A DNA stretch of 64,000 nt. It comes from Epiperipatus broadwayi (lineage: Eukaryota > Animalia > Onychophora). Location: contig JAQFVV010000009.1 in NCBI GenBank assembly GCA_028023455.1, positions 8,990,001 to 9,054,000 of the forward strand, in the 5' to 3' direction. The translations under genes were made by a program, and so were the position numbers. This document shows, in pieces, positions 41,291-53,099 of this stretch. Position 1 is the first letter of the stretch; every line of letters begins with the position of its first letter. The notes under the pieces are model-generated. The model saw only the letters and a list, made by a program, of their open reading frames with translations. It had not been told where the DNA came from and ran no database searches.

Positions 41291-41599
41291 CATATAATAC
41301 TAAATCATCCATGCACTTTACTACTGTTACACAATGCTTTATTTTCCACCTTCTTTTACAGTTTTGATTGCCCTCAGCAATCTTCTTCAGAACTACAACA
41401 TAATACAAACATATGAATATAAATATAATATTTAAAAGGTAATAAATAGATGATGATTATAAGATTTATAAATAACATGTAAATTATATGTTCGTGTATA
41501 TTTATATTAGGGCAATTGAAACTGTAAAATGTAAAAGAGAGTGGTAAATAAAGCATTGCGTATCAGTAATAAAGTGCATGGATGATTTAGTACTATATG
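41291..41599. repeat. Inverted pLTR-like repeats (41291-41374 and 41509-41599) with a decayed hammerhead at 41357-41397 (-)
   Basis: The arms align as reverse complements. Minus strand reads tgtagtt-CTGAAGA-a-gattgc tgagg gcaatc-AAAA-ctg-TA; the other arm reads gcaatt-GAAA-ctg-TA. Confidence 0.75.
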
Positions 41600-41839
41600 C
41601 AATCTCATTATTATTTAAGACATAACAGTTCATTAAACCTTAATCTTGACAAGGATAAATATTACTATATCGAAACACTGAAAATTCAAATAAAATAATA
41701 CATATGCCAATTAAGATTTGCACAAGTTAGCAATTGAAAGCTAGCTTGAATTATGATTTTTTTTTCAATTTTTTAAAAATATTATATAAATATTAGCAGT
41801 ATTAATAGCGTTTTATTGTATATATATTTTCTATTTTAG

Positions 41840-41976
41840 ATGAGTGTATTGTTGTTATTCCATACAATGATCATGAGTCTGAATCAAATTCTTCTCCGAA
41901 TAACCCTAAGCTGAATCACTCCAAGCAAGATATTGAATTTGAAATTTTAGAAGAACTGAATAAGATCCATCAGTAA
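41840..41976 (+). CDS. Probable terminal coding exon (DECIVVIPYNDHESESNSSPNNPKLNHSKQDIEFEILEELNKIHQ*)
   Basis: Strong acceptor ttttctattttag|; open phase-1 frame to TAA (41974-41976); AATAAA motifs ~50-70 nt downstream; phase-compatible with exon 27621-27765. Confidence 0.62.
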
Positions 41977-43629
41977 AGAAATGAGATGCCATTTCAATTG
42001 AAAGCAATCTTAATTATCATATAAAATAATAAAATAAAATATACATATAAATAATTTTCTGTAATGTATTGTAGTTTGTTATTTTTAAACTGATTATAAT
42101 TAAACAGAGCATCACATGACACTATTCACTTACACTTAAGTAATTTATCCTATTACTTTATTCTAAAATCATATATGTTTGCATGAGTAAATGGTCATCA
42201 GTTTAATTACTCATACTTCTATAGATGTCTCTAGTATAGAATAGGTTACTTGAACTTTCAAAACTAATAATCAAATGGTTAATTACTTGGGAGGCTATGT
42301 TATGTTTGAACAACAGAAATGATAAAGAAATTCTGATCCAGTAATCTTTATCCCTCAAATCTCTTACTATACTACTGCATCAAATTCAAAGACTTTACTT
42401 CCTATTTATGAGATTAGGATTTAATACTTTAATAGAAATCCATCTATAGTTTATAATATCTGCCTAATCTGAAAACCATTAGTATCATATGATTCATGAA
42501 TGTTCAATAATATATTATAGTATATATATATTGAAACAGTTGACCTTAGTTTAAGATCAAGTTTCATTGCTCTATCACAGCCCACATTTCATCCTGCTCC
42601 TTTTTTGTATATAAACTATATGTATATTTCTGAGAAGTGTCTATGAGATTTATAAATATAAATCTGAAATAAAAATTTTCTTTAATTATTTTAAATATTA
42701 ACTTTTATAGATGCAACTCAAATATATACATGTATTACAGGAGCATATTGAAACAGTCAGTTTCATCCATCTGCCTGTTTCACATATTTACCCCCACACC
42801 TATCTCTATGCCAGGTTTAAACCCTCTGAGTACCCATTTAAACAACCTCAAATTACTATATATGCAGAATCACATATATATATATGCAAATGGTAAGTCT
42901 GTAATTTAATAGTATACGTATACATTACAAATATGTATTCATTTTAAAAATATTTCTAGTTTAAGAAATGTTTTAGTTTAAATTATTTAGCCAATTTTAT
43001 TGTTATATTATTGAAATCGCATATGTATATAAGCCATTTCCATTGTTATTCTGCATGTATGGTAATAAAATTAGTTTTCTACTAATTATCAAAGTAACTT
43101 TTCCAAAGTAACTTTTAATTTTTGTAAATAACTTTTAAATTAGGTCACACAATAGTCCTAAAATAGCGTGAACTTGATTTTATAAATCTAAAATGTTAAT
43201 AACAATTTCACAGAATTTTATAGCATTGTCACAATAAACAGGAGGAAAAGAGTAGAAAAACAAAATCTAAATTAGTTGTCATAATTAAAATTGTTTTTCT
43301 AAAATGGGTTTTTCTACTAGTTTTAGCAATTAAATATATTTTTCTAAAATAAATAAATCTTGTAAAAATAAACAGGTGGCCAGAGTTAAAGAAATATAAA
43401 TACTTAAAGTTTTGTTGCCAAGGATAGATCATATATATAATACATGAATTGTAAACAGAACCCACATTTGTTTTATCTTCAAAATGATGGGGTAGGCTGG
43501 CAATTGCTCACCGTCTCTCTTTGCGGTGAATGGAAAAGAACTTTGGTCTGATAAAATATAATGCCATACACCAACAAAGCAGCCCATAGTAAAACCTCCA
43601 TTAACTTTAAATCATTGCCAAAAGTGTCA

Positions 43630-43840
43630 ACTTATTCTCATTTTCAATTGGTTGAATTTATTTTTTACAGCTTCTGCTCTGTGACTGTAAAACTGATCCC
43701 ATACTAGCAAAGCAGGTTTCTTTAACAGTTCACCAGAATGCCCAGACCATGCATTCTATTCACAACTTCATCTTTCCTTTATCTATTCAGCTGACACATT
43801 TAGGCAACTTTTCCTTGGCAACTTATTATCTTTACCGAAC
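43630..43840 (-). mobile_element. pogo/Tigger-type (DDE_1) transposase relic
   Basis: KEKLPKCVS*IDK.KMKL*IE..W..SGELLKKPALLVWDQFYSHRAEAVKNK resembles the pogo WMDE..W..W...LLVWDQF.AH motif. Confidence 0.75.
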
Positions 43841-44040
43841 AAAATTCAATAGAATATGTATATATGTATAATAATATTAATTAGAAACTTTAGACTGACT
43901 AACATTTCAATTCATAATTTTAATTACCAGTGTATGAGACACACTCTATATTTTAGGCATATTTTGAGTGAGAAAATGCTGGCAAATGCAATAATTGTTT
44001 ACATTCTATTCTAGTCTGTTTCTCTTTATATCTAACATAT

Positions 44041-44560
44041 ATTTTCATAATCATTTCAATTGTTTCATCTGCATCAATATTTGTATACATATTTTTGACA
44101 TCTAATTTTATTTCTACATTTATTTAACCTTTTAACAAATTTCTTTGAATTACTAACATTACTCTCATTATTTATATTGCTATATATTTTAAATACATTA
44201 TGATATAATAATTTAGAAATTTTATCAAAATATGTATTGGTATTATTTACTAGTTTAAGTGGAACATCTATTTTGTGTTTTAGGCTGTCCATATATTTCT
44301 GCATTATTAACATTCTTTTCAAATTAATAACCTCATGTATTTTAATATTGCCTTTTAAATGTATTTTTATTAAATTCCTTATTTTTTTTCTTATAATTTG
44401 TAATAAAATAAAATTTCCATTTTTTTTCATTATCACCTTTGAAAAATATTAAATCCGTATATTTATTTTTAAAATCATTTATAAATTTCCATTCTTTATT
44501 ATTAATATATTTTATTTCCTTTGTTAACATTATATTATCAATAGCTTCCTATTTCTTATA
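44041..44560 (-). mobile_element. Penelope-like element reverse-transcriptase relic (N-terminal RT region)
   Basis: KEWKFINDFKNKYTDLIFFKGD..IYGQPKT.KIDVPLKLV..KISKLL..NSKKFVKRL..LDVKNMYTNIDADETIEMI matches the PLE LYGLPKIHK.DVPLRPI..NS.EF...DV.SLYTNI motifs. Confidence 0.78.
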
Positions 44561-47500
44561 TTTCTGTATTTATCAATTATTAATTTTGTTTTTGCCTCAA
44601 TCTTTAACTTTTCATTTTCCTGATAAATATTTTAAACTTTTCTCTAATATGTTTCTTTCTTCCTCATTAAATTAGTAATAAACTTATTTTTATCATAATA
44701 TCCTCCCAATTCATATCATAATAATTATTTGTAATCTTCCTTAATTTCTTTTAACATATTTTTTCTTTATATAATACATCAATATATTTCTTTATTAATT
44801 TATTTCCCAACTTAAAAATATATTTATTAAATATTTTTCAAACGTATAAATAATGGTACTTTATTTTTTAAATTACTTTCAATGTTAGATTCATCCACAT
44901 ATAAAAAAAATACTATGGAGGTATAAGAAATATATGCTTTTATATAATGATAAAAAAATGTTGAATGAATTAAAATATTTAATTATACTTTTTTAATGTT
45001 TTTTTTAAATACCATTTTCATTCTTCTTCAAGCAGCCCATATTATTATAATTTTCTCCATTTTCTCTTTCAGATTTTTTTTCTAGTATTGTAGTATCTTT
45101 TATTACGTATTCCTCATAATCCCTTTCTCATTATAATTTCCTTATTATCACCTCCTTCATCTTCTTTACAATATTATACATCCCATTCTTTATGGTGTTA
45201 TTCTTCATGCTTGTAATCCAAATCATTATTCATTTCATCCAAGATATCAAATAGTATTTAATAAAATCAAAACTTCTTTAATTATTCTATTTTCTTTGCA
45301 AATTTGGCCCATTAATTTCAATATATATAAAACAAATTAATTTCACAGACTTTTTCTTTTCAAATCTTTAAAATTATGAACCATTTTTCATTTCAATTTT
45401 CTTCCACTATTTCAACCATATTTACTATCGTATAGTATGATTAACATTTCTTCATCCTTGTTTTACTTTCTAAATTTAAGAATGAGCAAGAAGTTTAGAC
45501 TTTGTGGCTAATTATTTCAATGTAGAAATTCATTCACTGATCAATACTGAATGTTATTTGATTGGTTTCAGTATCCATGGTCATGAAGATGCATTGTGAA
45601 ATGAATTCAAAAATATTTGGTAAATCTAATCAAGAAAATGGCTATGTCTAGCATTAAAGCAAAACACTGTCTAATGAGAAGAAATCTTTTAACAATTGAA
45701 TATTTAGCTGAGATTTTTCTTATTAAATTTCAAGGTGTTACCTGAAACCATAATTATAAAGTATATATTGATATAGTTACATAGTATATGTAGAACCAGA
45801 TATCACTTTTCAAATTTTTAGAATTGATTGCCTTATCCTATCATATCCAGTAGCAATAGTTTTGTTACACATTAGTTAAGACTAGATCCTAATTGGAGTG
45901 AACTTCTTTTCAATAATTATTTTTATTGGAGAGTAGAAATCTAATGACAAGGAATGGCATGTGAGTTAGAGGTTTTTGAGTAACCATACTAGAGGTTCAG
46001 AAGAAATAATTGATAAGTATATTAATCAAGATTAAACATAGGGTTTGAGTAAGAACTGCAGAGGTTGCTCGTATAATTTGTGAAATAAGAAGCTGTATTT
46101 TGATTATATAATTTTTTCAGTGCCTTGGTGGATTCAGCTCCTTTGAAGTTTACTAATGTATCTTCTAAGATCTATTTCAGTTCATTGTTTTTAACACACT
46201 CAATTAGTTCAGGAACATAAAGTAATTTATGCGATAATAAAAAGCAGCAACTTAAGAACAGCTTCATAATAATCTGTTGTTATGTCGACCGGTGAATCAC
46301 ATTTATATTTACAGGATCTATAACAGAAAAGAGTTCTAGAGAAAACATAGGTTAGTAATATCATCATAGGGAAAAGATATGGATTACTTACATCTGCACC
46401 ACAGAGCACAATACTATAAATATCTGAATTTAATTTTAATAAACTTTAAACAATCTTGTAAATAAATGCGAGCTATTACATATGTAGTGGTAAAAATACA
46501 TAATATTTATGGAATAATTTTCATATGAATGTAATATAAGAATCATTTATAAATTAATTTTCTAGAAGTATTTATATATAAACTTGCACTTTCTCACATT
46601 TATCAGCTAATCAAATGAAAAATGAACACATTTCCATTTGGTTTCTAAAGAATAGTAATTAATCATGGATATTTTGGAGAAGTGAAACATTACATTAAAA
46701 GCAATCACAGAAAAAAAAAACTTGATCTAATGAGCTTATGGTTTCAAATCACAATGCAGATATAAATTCTATTAATTAATAAATAAAGCATTATTTGAAA
46801 ATTCATTAAAAAACTAGAAAGTTTGACTTCTAATGGAATTTTTATATTATGTACATATGAAAATTATTTCTTAAAAAATATAATTAGAGGAGAGAGAGTA
46901 TATCAGGAGAGCCATTCGTTGCAGTGATTGGTATATATCTGAGGAAGTAATTGAAGCTAGTCTCTTGTTCAGTGTTGTCATCTCTTGTCTAAGTTTTAAC
47001 ATTATTTGACAAATTAAATCATGAGATTTACTGGAAAAATTGAAAGAGGATATTCTGCAAGTAGCTGGTGCATGCATTCATATACTATATCAAACAAATT
47101 CTTTGTAATCATGGCACTAAAAAATTAATAGCAATAACAGCATTGAAAATTGTTTAAAAATTCATGGCTTTTATTTATTTCAGATAACTGAACATGAATA
47201 TGGTAGTAGGAATCTTCTGGACTAGATAATGATACATTCTTTGGCTTCACAGTTTCATCCTCTCTTAAAGATGCTGCTATAAACATCTTATCTTTGGTAG
47301 CCCCAGAATGAGCTTTGTTTGTAATCGTTTTTATTCTATAGAATGTTTTATCATTTTCCAGTTTATGAATAATTTTTATTGAATTTTAAAACAATCTTCC
47401 TTGATATTAGGTATATGCTTTCTGAATAGCAGCAGAATCGGCATCTGATTTCTATATAAATGAAAAGTTATCTTTCTTCATTTTTTATTGTTTGGACTAT

Positions 47501-48536
47501 AAATAAAGTGTCTTTATTTCAATATATTGTATAATTTGAGTATTTTAACTGGCTTTAAAAAATGAATTAAATAGTTTATTATTTGTAGAAAATAGTGGAA
47601 CGGTAAATAATCTATCATTTTATCATCTAGATAGCAACATTCAGCAGATTAATTGTAATTAAAGTAAATTGGGAAAATATTTTTTTAAACAAAAAATCTG
47701 ATAAATATTCTGACAATGTATAACGTAAAGCAAGAGATCAATTACATGAACTTTATTGTTATACTCTTTTCCTCCGCATTTATTTATGTATTATAAAAAA
47801 TATGAAGTTCTGACAGTTCAAATTTTTTTTAATAATTTTTTTTTTTCATTTCGAATGTTTTATAGTTATTGCACATATTTTTATTTTAAAAAAGGTATTC
47901 TTAACATTCTACAATTTATTTATTTTGAAAGTCTTTCTTTTTTTTACATATTAACATAATGACGTATCTTTAAAAATTTTATAATGTTCATAATTAAGTC
48001 AATTATTAAAAATATAAATTATTAAATCTGAAAGTTTTTTATAACGAAAATTAATACAGTAACCAGATAGAACATCCATAGATTCTAAGCTTTTTTGATG
48101 CAAAAGCGATTTTAATTAATACTTATCTTTGAATAATGCAAATAAACTTTTACTGCTTCGGATTTGAATCCAAGTTAGATAAAACTTGGAAAAAATTTGC
48201 TTGCTGTAATCAAACTTATGATTTTTCTTTCAACTACTGTAGCTGGCACATAGTCAACCCAGCTAACCAGTGAATATTGAATGATAAATGGGTTTTTACC
48301 TCTTCTTAGCTTAAATGATAAAGTACTCAAATCTTTACTATTTCCATTGACAATTCTGTTGAGTGATATCTTCTCTTTTTCTGTTCCTCCATGGAAGAAG
48401 TTATATAACAAAATTATTAATAGTTCCTTTATCAAAAATTCAAAGATCCATTTTAAAAACTTTGTAGTGGGTATTTCATTAACATTATTTTGGTTTTATT
48501 TCTTACATTTTTTGATAATAAAAATGTAAAGATCTA

Positions 48537-49130
48537 TGTTACACTTATTAGGGATCACCCTCTACACATGTGCTGTAAACTAATAAACTTTTAAGAATAC
48601 TCGCTTTTACAAACACAAGATAAAATCTTATGAAAAGGTAGAATGAATCCACTCTACCTTTTTAATCTAAATGTATATTTATAGGCAAATCTTAAGCATT
48701 TGGAAATGAGTGTTAAGATATTAATTAATCACTTTTAATTCCACTTGCTACATTTTAATTATTGATGTCTGCAAAAATTTTTCAATTTACAGCATGTCAG
48801 AATTAGATGTAATATTAAACATATATACAAGTTATTTATTTATATAGTGCAAATGCCAATAATTAAAGCATAGCAAATGGAATTAAAAGTGATTAATATC
48901 TTCACGCTCTCATTTCCAAATGCTTAAGATTTGCCTATACATTTAGTTAAAAAGGATTCATTCTATCTTTCCAAAAGACTTTATCTTGTGTTTGAAAAGG
49001 AGAGTATTGCTTAAGTGTTTATTAGTTTACAGTGCATGTATAGTGGGTGATCCTTAATAATTGTTACAGATTAAAACATAGCACTATATAAATAAATAAC
49101 TCATTATATGTGTATGTTTAGATTATTATA
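48537..49130. repeat. Fold-back repeat, locus 1 (arms 48537-48767 and 48856-49068, plus inverted spacer copy at ~49080-49125)
   Basis: The arms align as reverse complements over ~210 bp. Same family as 58558-59209. Confidence 0.88.
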
Positions 49131-49925
49131 TTGTGCATATTAATTTAAATAGACACTGTTCCAAAAATATTTAAAGAAATAATGCATAAAGAGAAAATAT
49201 AAGAATGGCTAATAAAATTTTTTGAGTCTCTTTATATTTTTAATTAAACACCCAAATATTTGATTTAGGCTATATTACTGACAATATGTAATACAATTTC
49301 TCATTGCTTTATGCATTAGTTCTTATTCAAGATATTGCAGATGAATGAGAACTTGTCCATAGCCCACTCTTTGAGAAGCATGAAATCTAATATCTACCCT
49401 AAAACCAGATTTTTATTTCATGATGAACTCTTGATCAAAAGAAAAGGAAATTATGAAATCACAAAATGCTATAAACAGTAATTCTGATACTATTATGGAG
49501 GATAACTAGGCATTCACAATGAATGTTTTAGTGATGACAGCAATGGAAAATCTTAAATGTCTAGTATACTATCTTGAGTGATCTATTCAACTAGAAAATA
49601 AAATTACTTCAAGTAAATATTGAATATATTAAAATAAATGCTTTGTAATGTGATATTATAATATTAAAACTAATTAAAATCATCACTTTAAATTCTCTGG
49701 TTTTACAAGTGTTTTAATTGAATGCATGGGATATTGTTTTCAAACCATCTAGAAAATAAAAATCTCTACCGAAGATAATTCAAATGATATAGCAATCTAT
49801 CCTTTTCTAAATCCATTTATATCTTTTATAATCATTAAGTCTATTTCTCATAATAATCTTGGGATAAATCTGGTTCTCAATTTTTAGAATAAGAATTTTG
49901 ATATACAAGTATATATTTTAATCTT

Positions 49926-50009
49926 GCATTGGTGGTCGAGAGGTCAGCGCGACTGCCTTGCATTTGCAGGCAGTTTCCCAGGTTGCGGGTTCGCGTCCCG
50001 GCCGATGCT
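49926..50009 (+). ncRNA. tRNA-like Pol III element (tRNA-derived SINE head, tRNA pseudogene or novel tRNA-like RNA)
   Basis: 7-bp acceptor stem GCATTGG/CCGATGC; A-box TGGTCGAGAGG; B-box-like GGTTCGCGTCCC; ends match tRNA-Gly(GCC) ends; anticodon arm is non-canonical; T11 tract 7 nt downstream. Confidence 0.7.
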
Positions 50010-50016
50010 ATGACAC

Positions 50017-50027
50017 TTTTTTTTTTT
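50017..50027 (+). terminator. Pol III oligo(T) terminator of the tRNA-like unit
   Basis: T11 run directly after the tRNA-like 3' end. Confidence 0.55.
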
Positions 50028-52850
50028 AAAAAAAGTATATATTTTATAATAATAAGTAATAATTATCATTTCTTTCAGGCAGAAAATTAAAAAACAATTT
50101 CTAATTTATGTTTTATCTTTCAAATGGGGTTTAATACATTATTAAAGTGACAGAATTAAAGTTTATGAATTGAAGCTCAAACTTTCACTACTGATGCTTA
50201 AATATAATATTCCAAACGGCTATCAAAATATGATTCACCATTGATTACTGATCATATTGGGTTATTCCAGTCTTAAGAAGAAATTTTAAAAAAGTTTAAA
50301 TCAATATATGTAATATTTTAAGAGCAATATTAATAAAATCACATCACTTTTTCTCATTATGATAAATTTACCAAATTAACAATAAATTACTATAGCATAT
50401 CTCCATCAGAAATACCAAAAAAAAATCCATTCTATACTGAAAAAATCCAACAATACCTTTTTATAAATAATATTTGTCTATCAATTATTTGGAAATTGCT
50501 GACAAACTTATAAAAAGAGACCATGGCAAAATAACATCTAAGATCCGACTTCTATGTTCTTTTAGCTGTTGTAAAAACATCACAGATACTATGATTAGAA
50601 AAGACAAAACTTTACAGGATGTTTTTCCAGTGAATGTTTTAATCTACATTTATTTAATATACTCATTACTGATCTTCCAGAAGCAATATATCATTTAAAC
50701 TTTTTCTTCTATAAAGAGAAACAAACTAAATGTAGCCTCAACAATAGACTAAAATATGAAATAAGCCATGCTATTTAGGAGTTATCTTGAACAATATCTC
50801 AATTTATTTTCATTTAACAAACATTAGACCTAAGTTATTATAAGGACAGCCTCCTTGGCATATTTTAGTGCTAAATACTCTGTTTGAAGTGAAATCACAA
50901 AAATTCTGGATATATAATTAAATGCTACATAAGGAATATCACTATTACATTTAAATCTATTTCATTGCAGTTACATCATATTCACACATTCTTCCACTAT
51001 ATATCAGAGGACAAAATGTATAAAAACTATTAAATAGGTAAGACCATAAACTTAATTACACCACTTAAGACATATGCCAAATCAAGATCTTTCTGGATAT
51101 TGCATTAAAAATTCATTCAAACTATGAAACAATTTTATTATTGAATTTGATCTTTCTAGATATCGCATCAACAGATTCAAGAAAACTCATAGTTGTAATG
51201 CTTATGTCATTCAGAAATGTAATTTATTTCATTCTGATTTATAGTTACGGTTAAACACAGATTGTAAATCATATAGTAATGACTTAATGCAGCTACTGGT
51301 GAATATATCCACTAGTTAAACTTTCATAGTCTCTTTATATAAGAATCGATATATTAAATAAAGATATTCTGCTAATGTGTGTTCTTTTTCAATAATAAAT
51401 TTCTAAAACTTATCTTCTTATAGTTTTTGTTTTTTGATAATTTTCAAAAATTATCTTCTTATAGTTGGCAGCTGAAATCTGGACAATTTACAAAACTCTA
51501 TAGCCAGTCTACTTTTAGCATAGTTCATATAATTATTGGAAAGTTTTATATGAAATGCTTAGTTGTTTTTTTTTTCATCTTAATTAAAAATTGAATCAGA
51601 AACATTTATTTGTCTGTCACTCATAATAATACTTTAATTCTAATCTATCATTTCAACAATAAAAAAATGGTTTTCTAATAATCCTACAAAGTATTATTCT
51701 AGAGTAGATATTTTTTAATAATTTCAGTGATTGATCTTTTGAGTGCTTTAAAACAAAAATCATGATTTTTCTAGTAATTTTCTATGGATATGAAAATTGA
51801 ATACTGAGGAACAGAAATACTGATACTTTTAAGAATATCATGAACAGTAATCCAATAGATACTCTATCAGATTCCATCTGAACTTTTGCTTGAAGCACAG
51901 ATGACCAGATTAAAAATTATCTTATACCAGAGAAAAATTGAAAGTAATAGATAACGTTAATGTGAAGGGCGAATTCCAACATCATAATATGAATGTATTT
52001 GTGAGGAGTCTGAAAAATCAACCAAATGACTCGGTATACTGAAGAATTATTTACATAATGGTCAGAGGAGTTCTAATTTTTTATATCAGAAACATGGGGC
52101 TAAAAAAGAATGTAAATAAAGCATTAAAAAATGGGAGTGATTGAAACAATAATTTAGATGCCATGACCACTTCAGATATCTTACTACTTAAATGTATTGT
52201 ACAATTTTTAGAATGTTTATCTTATTGAATTGAGTATGCAACAAACAACTAATTCATTAATAATTGAAAGATAAAAAATTTAAGAACACTTGGAAAAGCA
52301 TTACTGATTTTATTTCATTGATGGAAGAAATCAAAGAAATATTAATGATCATTTCACAAAATGGCAATATTCAAATGAAAAACAAATATACAAATAGATG
52401 CCATCTGCATAGATAAAGGAATGTACCAGTACTAACAGGAACAGTGGACATCTAAAATAACAAACCAAACTTAGGATGTTTAGCTCAGCAAAACAGTAAT
52501 CATCGAAATAAATTGATATACATCTTTAAGTAGTTATTTTCTTGACATAGCTTAAGAGACTGTCTGCCTTTTCAAATAAACATTCTATCTGACTGACCTC
52601 CAGGCAACAAATATGCATGGAATTACTGAAACCATGTTGAAATTCTTTATACAATTATTAAAGTACTTTGAAACTCTTTAGGGAAAAGAAAGTAGTTAAG
52701 TTCAAGATACAGTTTTAGATGCTACCAAATTTAAAATTATTTTTTGGAAATTTAATATTGAAGCAATGGATCTGAAGTCCGATCCATGCTTCACAGCCTT
52801 CTATAAACTTAGTTAGTATTATAGACCTGAATTAAGTTTATAGTCCAATA

Positions 52851-53043
52851 TCAGCAGGGTTTTGCATTAAAGCTAAAATTAATTATGTTTATATAATTTG
52901 TATTGCATTTAAATATTTTGTTAAATAAATTCCATTCTAAGATTAGATTTCTGTTAATAAAAATTACTTGTAAAACCTATTAGTCAAACATATATATACG
53001 TCAAACGTATATATATATATGAGTTAATGCAAAATTCTGCTGA
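52851..53043. repeat. Small MITE-like inverted repeat (20-bp arms)
   Basis: tcagcagggttttgcattaa (52851-52870) pairs with ttaatgcaaaattctgctga (53024-53043). Confidence 0.5.
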
Positions 53044-53099
53044 AATAAAATGCTTATTTTACTATAAAAAAAAAATAAGAATATATTTTTTGTTAAAAT

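Noticed and set aside
44237-44675. Plus-strand hydrophobic ORFs in the ORF track
   Set aside because: Antisense shadows of the AT-rich PLE RT relic. Most other 60-100 aa ORFs in the track are likewise chance AT-rich frames.
46392-48435. Isolated minus-strand exon-like segments (46423-46392 with gtaagt donor; open stretch near 47.1-47.4 kb; donor near 48302)
   Set aside because: They could not be assembled into a consistent, recognisable protein; single splice signals are common by chance in 64 kb.
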